Origin: Ranitomeya imitator
Lineage: Eukaryota
DNA: 64,000 bases
Direction: 5' to 3'
NCBI RefSeq assembly: GCF_032444005.1
Contig: NW_027193546.1
Coordinates: forward strand, 682,001 to 746,000
Shown: in pieces, positions 11,834-24,000 of the stretch
Layout: each line of letters opens with the position of its first letter
How positions within the stretch are numbered: position 1 is the first letter of the stretch
Program-made: the position numbers and the translations under genes
Notes under the pieces: generated by a model
The model's input: the letters and a program-made list of their open reading frames with translations, nothing else
What the model was told of the DNA's origin: nothing
The model's database searches: none

Positions 11834-12364
11834 TGCCCCCAAACACGGGCGGGGATCGGTCGCCATTATTACTCTGGGGAGGTTATAATAACCTTCATAG
11901 GCGCCATCCATCCGAAACATTAGTGTCCGGGACGTGGTCATCACATAGGAGTCTCCGTACCCGGTACACAGGGCGTCCATCTATCCAGCTGCCTCAGACA
12001 GCCACATTCCCTGTGAATATTCGCTGCCCTATTCACCCCACACGGATCTGATCAGGAGAATATTACTGTACAGCCCATTTCCCTGTAAATCCGTGTTCTA
12101 TTTATTTTATATATCAATAAGAAGAAACCGCATTTGTGCTGTGATGGGAGTCACCAGTACTTGGGGCATCTTACAGTCAGACTTGTGATCGGATCTCTCT
12201 GCACTGCAGTGGTTTTATCTCACGTCATATTAACCCTATGAGATCTATGGCATTCGTTTTACATTATTACATCTAGTGCTAGAGGATCCTATCCTGCAAT
12301 TGTATTGGGATATTTCTCCCATGATTCGTTGTTCCCCTCCACATTCTCGGAACTTCTACATGTG

Positions 12365-13272
12365 GGCAAAACAGAATTCATTGTCTTTCCCACATCACAC
12401 GCAACCCCCCAACGAACCTATCCATTACAGGAAACGGCTGCCCACTCTCCTCAGTCCAAGTTCGCTGCCTCGGGGTAATCCTTGACACTCATCTCTCCTT
12501 CAAACCTCATATCCAAGCCCTTTCCACTTCCTGCCGCCTTCAACTCAAAATATTTCAAGGATCTGTAGATTTCTAAACCAAGAATCTGCAAAAACCCTAG
12601 TCTATGCCCTCATCATCTCCCGCCTGGACTACTGTAACCTCCTGCTCTGTGGCCTCCCCTCTAACACTCTCGCACCCCTCCTATCTATTCTAAACTCTCC
12701 TGCCCGACTAACCAACCTGTCCCCCGCTATTCCCCGGCCTCTCCCCATCCCTTCACTGGCTCCCCATTACCCAGAGACTCCAGTACAAAAGCCTAACCAT
12801 GACATACAAAGCCATCCACAAAATGTCTCCTTTATACATCTGTGACCTCCTCTCCCGGTACTTTCCTGCAACCTCCGATCCTCACAAGATCTCCTTCTCT
12901 ACTCCCCTCTTATCTCCTCTTCCCACAATCGCATACAAGATTTCTCTTGCGCATCACCCCTACTCTGGAACCCTCTACCACAACACATCAGACTCTCACC
13001 TACCATGGAAACCTTCAAAAAGAGCCTAAAGACCCACCTCTTCCGACAAGCCTACAACCTGCAGTAACCACCACTGATCGACCAGCTCTACCTTCACCTA
13101 CTGTATCCTCATCCATCCATTGTAGATTGCGAACCCTCGTGGGCAGGGTCCTCTCTCCTCCTGTACCAGTTATGACTTGTATTGTTCAAGATCATTGTAC
13201 CTGTTATTATGTATACCCCTCCTCACATGTAAAGCGCCATGGAATAAATGGCGCTATAATAATAAATAATAA
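12365..13272 (+). mobile_element. L2-clade LINE, decayed 3' fragment
   Basis: RT C-terminal motifs KTEFIVF, LGVILD, LIISRLDYCN, LHWLPI across frameshifts; 3' hairpin AGCGCCAT-GGAATAA-ATGGCGCT (13233-13255) and (TAA)n tail. Confidence 0.85.
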
Positions 13273-14261
13273 TATTGCCCGAGAGCCGCCAGTCCTGACA
13301 CTAGATGAAGCGGGGGAGGAAAAGTGATAGAACAGAAGGACGATCAGTAACTGAGCAGGGATCCTGTGACGGCCGATAATGTAACTGCCTGACCTGTGAG
13401 ATCCTGACACCACAGGGTAATGTTCTAAGCAGGGACACTCCGCAATCTTCTACACATGATCCTACATTTCCCATCACAGACCTCCTGCCTGCAGCCGTAG
13501 GACTGATCTGTAATGGGGAGACATGGTGGGATCTGCTGGGAAGGGCAGAATTTGTCTTCCCTGAAATGTCTCTTGTAGGATATGTCCCTGACCAGTATAT
13601 CGTCTCCATAATACGGATTGTGACGGGAAAGGGACGATCTGATCGTCTCCAGGTCAGACACACGGGAACATCACAGCATGTGGAGAACACGAATCATTCT
13701 CTATATCCATGAGAGGAAACCGGAGCGGATACAGCGCCGCTAACCTGGAAATCTGCAGATTCCTGTGTGGGATGTAAGAGACCAATGATCGCTCAACACA
13801 AGCAGATTTCCCGATATCGGCCCTGGGACCAGGTGTTATATGAAGACAAAAGACGGAAAAAAGCGGGAACCGTAAACGTGTTACCATTGGAAACATTAGC
13901 TCCTCCCTCTGCTGATTGGCTGAACACAGGACGGTTGGGGGTTTGAATTTCCCGCCGCTTCTAAATGTAATGACGTCACTTACACTGTAAAAAGAATCCA
14001 GATTAGGCTCTAGATCAACTCCACCACAAATGGCTCCTGTTACCTGAGAAACGAGAGTAATGAACTAATAAACGAGACCCCAGAATGCCGAGATCTGTGC
14101 AGCAAGGAGTTAAATAAGAAGTCCCTGAATACACATCAACTCGCTGAGCAATGCCCAGATAATTCCTGAGATTTTCTCACCATCTCCCTCGTCACCAGGC
14201 GCAGAGCCCAGGGCGGAGCGAGCAGACACCTCGGGGAGACGGGAGAGGACACCGGAGCAGT

Positions 14262-14355
14262 GTGGGTGGCTCTTATAGTGAGGCTGTGGGTGGCTCTTAT
14301 AGTGAGGGTGTAGGTGGCTCTTATAGTGAGGGTGTGGGTGGCTCTTAGAAGAGCC
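14262..14355 (-). repeat. H2B stem-loop (14340-14355) followed by three extra tandem copies of a 24-bp 3'-processing segment
   Basis: Minus strand GGCTCT TCTA AGAGCC, then (ACCCACACCCTCACTATAAGAGCC)x3 with 1-2 substitutions. Confidence 0.92.
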
Positions 14356-14385
14356 TTTGGGGTGAGGAGCGGAGCACGGANNNNN

Positions 14386-14784
<399 letters not shown>

Positions 14785-14834
14785 TCAGCACAAGTGAGAA
14801 GAATAATGATCCTGCGCCTCCAAGAGCGGCGGAA

Positions 14835-14950
14835 TTTATAGCCCGGCCATGCAGATGAGCACTGCTGTCAGACCGCCGTTCTATTGGGTGATGAAGTCAT
14901 GTGACCAACGAGAACGTTAGACGCTCCGCCCACTGCAGCTGATTGGTGGT
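14835..14950 (-). promoter_or_regulatory. H2B promoter
   Basis: Minus strand CTATAAAT (~14841-14834), octamer variant CTCATCTGCAT (14859-14849; consensus CTCATTTGCAT), CCAAT boxes near 14883 and 14942. Confidence 0.8.
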
Positions 14951-15571
14951 TTCCCAAATCATTGCTTCATCTTTGCAGCGGGGATGCTGTATAGCGCTGT
15001 AAAACCCTGTATAATGCTCTATACATCTAAATAGTGCTGTGAAGCTCCATATACCGCAGTGCACCCTCATATAGCGCTGTATGTGTTCATGTTCTATTTA
15101 CCCTTCATAGTGCTGTTATTCATCTGAATAGTGCAGAGTACCCCCATATACTGCAACCTACTGACAAATGACTGTGCCACATTATGCAGGCAGTTACAGT
15201 ACAGCGCCCGACATGTTACACTCCGTATAGTGCAGTAATATCTCCAGATGGTGCTGGAAACCCCAGCTAGTCAGCTGTGCCAGGACTGCAAACCCTGTGA
15301 ATTCAGTGAGATGTTTCGGTAGTAGCCGCACCCAGTTTTCTAGGAAGAGCCGGCTTCCCTCAGGAGCTGTGTCCCCTGTATAAACTGCACTTATCCCTCC
15401 TGTGTGTGATCTCAGTAACATGAAGCCGGATCAGTCACTTCAGCCACGAATCTCTGCTCTGTGGTGACCGCAGTACAGTGGAGCACGGATCGTGTATAGT
15501 GACCTCTATATACCGCCTGGTGCAGTGTGAACCATCAGTGTGATCAGCGGTGCGGCTCTTAGGAGGAGGAT

Positions 15572-15980
15572 GTGGGGGCTCTTAGAAGAGCCTTTGAGTG
15601 TGTGGACAGATGTGGAGGAGCGGAGTTTACAGTCCTGGCACAGCAGACTAGCCGCTTCCTGGATCTACGAGGAAACGGCCATTATCTGTCCCAATCACTG
15701 CACAAAGTCCTCCTTCAATAAGGGCTAATTTCCAGCTATCTGCAGATTATTCCGAGGCTGAGTTCTGCGAGCGACACTCAATTTGCACTGACAGTCTGGC
15801 GGGTGAGGGGTTAATCCCTGTCAGTGTTTCTCCTCCGCTCCATCTGCACAGGAGGCGGCTCCTCACTCACCCGCGTATTATCCTGTGCAGATCCCCTGTG
15901 GTGTCCGCGCTGATCCTATCACAGCCTGACTGAGACAAGTCTCCTATGTTCTGCCCGGAGCCTGATGTGACGCTGCCGGG
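15572..15980 (-). ncRNA. Candidate non-coding transcript ending in an orphan histone stem-loop (ends inferred)
   Basis: Stem-loop 15577-15592 with AAGAGCCGCA 16 nt downstream; no histone ORF; H4-like promoter at 16005-16157; donor CGG|GTGAGT at 15871/15870; acceptor TTTCCTCGTAG| at 15665/15664. Confidence 0.4.
15577..15592 (-). terminator. Orphan histone stem-loop
   Basis: Minus strand CAAA GGCTCT TCTA AGAGCC CCCAC; the upstream CTCCGCTCCTC is shared with the H2B 3' UTR. Confidence 0.9.
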
Positions 15981-17200
15981 TTTCGGGTGGGGGAAGTCGC
16001 CGCTTCTATAAAGCGAGTGAGTAGTGGGGGTCAGCACACACGGACACTAAGGAGTTAATGGGGGCGGATGTTCCTGTATCTGGGATTGGTCGGCGCCTGT
16101 GGATGTCTCTCGCTCATTGGCTGATTACAGATCCGTTGCTGGTTTTGAATTTCCCGCTCAATCGCTTTTCTTTGTCCGTCGGATTATTACCGGCCCCTCT
16201 GCTGGAGCGGCGATCGCTGTGTATACCGGTGGGAGCAGCTCTACCCCGCTGATAATACCGGGTCCTGTCCTCCCAACTGTCTGCCCCCAAACACGGGGAT
16301 CAGTCGCCATTATTATTCTGAGGAGGTTATAATAGTCTTCAGAGGCGACATCCATCCGACACATTAGTGTCCAGGACTTGGTCATCACACAGGAGCCTCC
16401 GTACCCGGTACACAGGGCGTCCATCTATCCAGCTGCCTCTTACAGCCACATTCCCTGTACACGGATCTGATCAGGAAATTATCACTGCGGCCCAGTGCGG
16501 ATATATATCCCCCATGAATCCATGTTATCTTTGTAGGTCAATGAGAAGAAACCGCATCACCCGAAGTCCGCGGTGAAAGACGGGGGAGCAGACACGGCCC
16601 CAGTATGTCAGGACCCGGGAGCATACAACTAGCACGTCCGAGGCTGAGGCCGGTACTACAGGCAGCCGCACAGGGGATATTTTGCCCTGCAGAGACGCTG
16701 AGCCGGATACTAATCAATCAGCGCCCAATAAGAACAGGATCTTAAATGTCTAGACAGAATATTAACCTACATTTGGAAACCGCCCGGAACCCCCCTGATT
16801 AGAGCTGTAGAGAGATCTGCTTCCAATAAGCCTTTCCACGTCAGGATATCCTTCGGAAACTGAATGTGTGGGAATATGGTTAAAGAGACCCTACTCCCAG
16901 ATCATACACACACGGAATCCGTCGGGTACAAAACAGGATTAGCAAATAGGTCTCACAACCAAAAGCAGCGACAGAACCATCCGCCCAAAAACGGCATCAG
17001 AGGACGTTACCGAACTGCGGATCAGGGTCAGAATTACCATTCCCCACAATTATTTGGCCGATGGTAGTTTTCGACTATTCAGTATTCGGAGCGTAAATTC
17101 GGCACCGATGAGTGTTCTACTAACATTACAGCGACATCACCACAGCAGAGAAATGAGATCCTAGCAGTCAGGTGCAGCCTCTCACTTAGAAGATGTGGGT

Positions 17201-17216
17201 GGCTCTGAAAAGAGCC
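17201..17216 (-). terminator. H4 copy 2 histone stem-loop
   Basis: Minus strand GGCTCT TTTC AGAGCC ACCCA. Confidence 0.97.
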
Positions 17217-17246
17217 TTTGGGTTGTGAAGACAGAAGAGAACACAA

Positions 17247-17567
<321 letters not shown>

Positions 17568-18076
17568 TTAATGAGCAAATACTGATTCCTGAGCCTCAGG
17601 GACTGCACCTTTATATGGAGGGAGAATGGACCAGAGAGAGAACTGCAGAGATGACGCACTTCCGGGACGGGGCTTACAGACTCTACATTAGCTCCTCCCT
17701 TTCTCTGCTGATTGGCTAAATACTAAACTGTAGGGAAGTTTGATTTTCCCGCTCATTGCTCAGTTTCTGCAATTATCTTTCCAGCTTCTATTATGTGTAA
17801 TTTCCTTCCCTTATGATTGAGGGTATCCTAAATATTGTCATTACTGTTCCAGATCATGGTGGATCATATCTTCCACAACAGATGATGCCCCCAGTTACCC
17901 TCCACACAGTATGATGCCTCCTACACAGTAAGATACCCACACAGCAGGATGTCCCCACAGTTACTGTGTGGGGGTATAATACCCCCAGTAACTCCCCAAA
18001 CAGTATGATGCCCTAAGTCCCCCCCCACACACACACACACACACTTTGATGCACCCACAGTTATCCCCTATACAAT

Positions 18077-18591
18077 GTAACATAGTAACATAGTTAGTAA
18101 GGCCGAAAAAATACATTTGTCCTTCCAGTTCAGCCTATATTCCATCATAATAAATCCCCAGATCTACGTCCTTCTACAGAACCTAATAATTGTATGATAC
18201 AATATTGTTCTGCTCCAGGAATACATCCAGGCCTCTCTTGAACCCCTCGACTGAGTTCGCCATCACCACCTCCTCAGGCAAGCAATTCCAGATTCTCACT
18301 GCCCTAACAGTAAAGAATCCTCTTCTATGTTGGTGGAAAAACCTTCTCTCTTCCAGACGCAAAGAATGCCCCCTTGTGCCCGTCACCTTCCTTGGTATAA
18401 ACAGATCCTCAGCGAGATATTTGTATTGTCCCCTTATATACTTATACATGGTTATTAGATCGCCCCGTCTTTTTTCTAGACTAAATAATCCTAATTTCGC
18501 TAACCTATCTGGGTATTGTAGTTCTCCCATTCCCTTTATTAATTTTGTTGGCCTCCTTTGTACTCTCTCTAGTTCCATTATATCCTTCCTG
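18077..18591 (-). mobile_element. CR1-clade LINE, 3' fragment (~515 bp)
   Basis: Matches 33541-34067 including the GTAACATA tail; 6-bp in-frame deletion (KRRLRGD to KRRGD). Confidence 0.93.
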
Positions 18592-19123
18592 TGGATGTGA
18601 TACCCCCAGAGCGTCCCAACCTCAGCGTAATGCAATGATAGACATTTGTTCATTTTCTGATGAAGAACTTCCATAAATGGAGATTTGGAAGGACGAAAGA
18701 AGCAAGTGAAATTAGAAGAGATTTCCCATCATTTAATCACCAGATGATGGTACTTCATTTATGCCGTTACATCATGTACCAATTACAACCCAGAAAGACA
18801 TTTTTATGCATTTTTTTTTTATATAAAATATCATGCTTTAATGCAAAATTACAGGAACCTGCTCATAATTGTAAAGTACAAATTAGTTTGTTGGTGTTTT
18901 TTTTAATTCATTGCTTTAATGTAAAAACTGTACAGGCAGCAAGAGGGTTAAACACCAGTGTAACTGAAAAATAATCCTTACTACATCGCCCTCTATAGTG
19001 CCAGAGGCATTTACCTTATACATTCGAGTATAATCTGAGATTTGCAGCCATTTTTTTTAGGCTGAAAGTGCCCCTCTCGTCTTATACTGGAGTCATTGTA
19101 CCAGGGGGTCGGCGGCTGGCACA

Positions 19124-19381
19124 TCATACTCACCTCATACTGGCGCGGTCTCTGCTTCTCAGATAGTCTCTGGCGCCTGCATCTCTTCCTGTAATGAGTG
19201 GTACCACGTGACCACTAAACAAAGTAATGAATACATACGTGGCTCCACTCCCACAGGCGTGGAGCGCATATTCATTACTTTAATGAGCGGTACCATGACG
19301 AACACAGGAACAAGTTGCCGGCACCAGAGACCATCGGAGAAGCAGGGACTTGCAGAGACGCTGCCAGGAGGGTGAGTATGA
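19124..19381. mobile_element. MITE-like nested palindromic element
   Basis: Perfect inverted repeats TCATACTCACC/GGTGAGTATGA (ends), GGTCTCTG/CAGAGACC, AAAGTAATGAATA/TATTCATTACTTT (19221-19233/19269-19281) and CTCCAC/GTGGAG; no ORF. Confidence 0.5.
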
Positions 19382-20173
19382 CGGGGGAGGGTGAGCCATG
19401 CATATTCACCTGTTCCGACGCGTATCCGGGGGAGATTGCTAGTAGAAATTTTGCAATTAGCTCCTAGCTCCTCCCTTTCGTCTGATTGGTTGAGCACAGA
19501 ACGGTTGGAGATTTTGAATTTTCCACTTATTGTGCTCTTCTTTTCCCGCTTCTCTATTCTTCTCATCTCAGCGTCGCTTAGATCTGTTGGTTATTTTGAT
19601 TTTTACTTCCATTGTAGTTTCGGTTGTTATTTTCCAGCTTGTTATAAAGTAGAATAAAAAATACATTTTAAGGACACTGATCTACAGATAACTCATCTGA
19701 TCCCCGGCAGTCACTCATCATTACACGTGGTGCCCGACTGGTGGCCATTACCGGTCACTGCAGAGCAGGGAGCTGTATGTAACCAGACCCCCGGCGACAC
19801 CAGCCACAGATAAGATGAGAAAACTCAAATATATGATAATTACAACCTAAAGCCGCAAGACTGCAGAGGCGGCACTAGGACCCCATTTACGTCTGCGCTG
19901 TACAGAAACCGCGCCTCCACCACCAAAGACCCGGGCTGTGCACAGCGCACACTTTACCCTGTCCTTATAAAACGTCAGTCATGTAATTGATGTCGCACTT
20001 TTGGACTTGGTGAGAATAAAGGATGCGCGGAGCGGTAACTGGAATATCGCTGATCACCTACAATATCGGACACAGCAGCCGGCTATTACCTTTCCTGACC
20101 GCGCTCCGTATATGGAGAATACGCGCAGAAGAGAGACCGTTCAGGACTCGGCTCATTTGTGGGAGGATTTGGT

Positions 20174-20189
20174 AGCTCTGAAAAGAGCC
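20174..20189 (-). terminator. H3 histone stem-loop (G-U at base)
   Basis: Minus strand AAA GGCTCT TTTC AGAGCT ACCAA. Confidence 0.92.
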
Positions 20190-20218
20190 TTTGTGTTGTG
20201 GTCGCAGCCGGGGCAGAT

Positions 20219-20866
<648 letters not shown>

Positions 20867-21037
20867 TCAGATCACTCATTTGCCGCTGCTGGAGCAGCTG
20901 ATGTATCTGCGTTGAAATGTCCCCGTGTATAGCGCTGTACAGTGCAGCTCCCACATTATCGTCAGATCACACAAACCCCCCATCCTGAGACTGCGCCCAG
21001 CATCAGTTATATTAAAAACATTACAAGTAGGAAAACC

Positions 21038-24000
21038 GATCATACAGCTCTGCGGGGAGGAGGTGGTGGCACTGATGATACAGCTCTGCGGGGAGGAGGT
21101 GGTGGCACTGATCATACAGCTCTGCGGGGAGGAGGAGGTGGCACTGATCATACAGCTCTGCGGGGAGGAGGTGGTGGCACTGATCATACAGCTCTGCGGG
21201 GAGGAGGTGGTGGCACTGATCATACAGCTCTGCGGGGAGGAGGTGGTGGCACTGATCATACAGCTCTGCGGGGAGGAGGTGGTGGCACTGATCATACAGC
21301 TCTGCAGGGAGGAGGTGGTGGCACTGATCATACAGCTCTGCGGGGAGAAGGTGTTGGCACTGATCATACAGCTCTGCGGGGAGAAGGTGTTGGCACTGAT
21401 CATACAGCTCTCCGGGGAGGAGGTGATTTCTCTGATCATACAGCTCTGCAGGGAGGATGAGGTTATGGCTCTGATCATACAGGTCTGAGGGGAGTAGGTG
21501 GTGGCTCTGATCATACAGCTCTGCGGGGAGAGGGTGGTGGCACTGATCATACAGCTCTGCGGGGAGGAGGTGATGGCTCTGATCCTACAGCTCTGCGGGG
21601 AGAATGTGGTGGCTCTGATCATACAGCTCTGCGGGGAGAAGGTGGTGGCACTGATCATACGGCTCTCCGGGGAGGAGGTGATTTCTCTGATCATACAGCT
21701 CTGCAGGGAGGAGGTGGTGGCTCTGATCATACAGCTCTGCGGGGAGGAGGTGGTGGCTCTGATCATACAGCTCTGCGGGGAGGAGGTGGTGGTACTGATC
21801 ATACAGCTGTGCGGGGAGGAGGTGATTTCTCTGATCATACAGCTCTGCAGGGAGGAGGTGGTGGCACTGATCATACAGCTCTGCGGGGAGGAGGTGGTGG
21901 CACTGATCATACAGCTCTGCGGGGAGGAGGTGGTGGCACTGATCATACAGCTCTGCGGGGAGGAGGAGGTGGCTCTGATCATACAGCTCTGCGGGGAGGA
22001 GGAGGTGGCACTGATCATACAGCTCTGCGGGGAGGAGGTGGTGGCACTGATCATACAGCTCTGCGGGGAGGAGGTGGTGGCACTGATCATACAGCTCTGC
22101 GGGGAGGAGGTGGTGGCACTGATTATACAGCTCTGCGGGGAGAGGGTGGTGGCTCTGATCATACAGCTCTGCGGGGAGGAGGTGGTGGCTCTGATCATAC
22201 AGCTCTGCGGGGTGGAGGTGATTTCTCTGATCATACAGCTCTGCGGGGTGGAGGTGGTGGCACTGATTATACAGCTCTGCGGGGAGGAAGTGGTGGCTCT
22301 GATCATACAGCTCTGCGGGGGAGAAGGTGGTGGCACTGATCATACAGCTCTGCGGGGTGGAGGTGATTTCTCTGATCATACAGCTCTGCAGGGAGGAGTA
22401 GGTGGTGGCACTGATGATACAGCTCTGCGGGGAGGAGGTGGTGGCACTGATCATACAGCTCTGCGGGGTGGAGGTGATTTCTCTGATCATACAGCTCTGC
22501 GGGGAGGAGGAGATGGCACTGATCATACAGCTCTGCGGGGAGGAGGTGGTGGCACTGAACATACAGCTCTGCGGGGAGGAGGTGGTGGCTCTGATCATAC
22601 TGCTCTGCGGGGAGGAGGTGGTGGTACTGATCATACAGCTGTGCGGGGAGGAGGTGATTTCTCTGATCATACAGCTCTGCAGGGAGGAGGTGGTGGCTCT
22701 GATCATACAGCTCTGCGGGGAGGAGGTGGTGGCTCTGATCATACAGCTCTGCGGGGAGGAGGAGGTGGCACTGATCATACAGCTCTGCGGGGAGGAGGTG
22801 GTGGCACTGATCATACAGCTCTGCGGGGAGGAGGTGGTGGCACTGATCATACAGCTCTGCGGGGAGGAGGTGGTGGCACTGATCATACAGCTCTGCGGGG
22901 AGGAGGAGGTGGCTCTGATCATACAGCTCTGCGGGGAGGAGGAGGTGGCACTGATCATACAGCTCTGCGGGGAGGAGGTGGTGGCACTGATCATACAGCT
23001 CTGCGGGGGAGAAGGTGGTGGCACTGATCATACAGCTCTGCGGGGTGGAGGTGATTTCTCTGATCATACAGCTCTGCAGGGAGGAGTAGGTGGTGGCACT
23101 GATGATACAGCTCTGCGGGGAGGAGGTGGTGGCACTGATCATACAGCTCTGCGGGGTGGAGGTGATTTCTCTGATCATACAGCTCTGCGGGGAGAAGGAG
23201 GTGGCACTGATCATACAGCTCTGCGGGGAGGAGGTGGTGGCACTGATCATACAGCTCTGCGGGGAGGAGGAGGTGGCTCTGATCATACAGCTCTGCGGGG
23301 AGGAGGAGGTGGCACTGATCATACAGCTCTGCGGGGAGGAGGTGGTGGCACTGATCATACAGCTCTGCGGGGAGGAGGTGGTGGCACTGATCATACAGCT
23401 CTGCGGGGAGGAGGTGGTGGCACTGATTATACAGCTCTGCGGGGAGAGGGTGGTGGCTCTGATCATACAGCTCTGCGGGGAGGAGGTGGTGGCTCTGATC
23501 ATACAGCTCTGCGGGGTGGAGGTGATTTCTCTGATCATACAGCTCTGCGGGGTGGAGGTGGTGGCACTGATTATACAGCTCTGCGGGGAGGAAGTGGTGG
23601 CTCTGATCATACAGCTCTGCGGGGGAGAAGGTGGTGGCACTGATCATACAGCTCTGCGGGGTGGAGGTGATTTCTCTGATCATACAGCTCTGCAGGGAGG
23701 AGTAGGTGGTGGCACTGATGATACAGCTCTGCGGGGAGGAGGTGGTGGCACTGATCATACAGCTCTGCGGGGTGGAGGTGATTTCTCTGATCATACAGCT
23801 CTGCGGGGAGGAGGAGGTGGCACTGATCATACAGCTCTGCGGGGAGGAGGTGGTGGCACTGATCATACAGCTCTGCGGGGAGGAGGTGGTGGCTCTGATC
23901 ATACTGCTCTGCGGGGAGGAGGTGGTGGTACTGATCATACAGCTGTGCGGGGAGGAGGTGATTTCTCTGATCATACAGCTCTGCAGGGAGGAGGTGGTGG

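Noticed and set aside
15540-15728. IYEET peptide resembling H4 in a plus-strand ORF near the orphan stem-loop
   Set aside because: Only five residues, on the opposite strand to the hairpin, with no flanking H4 similarity.
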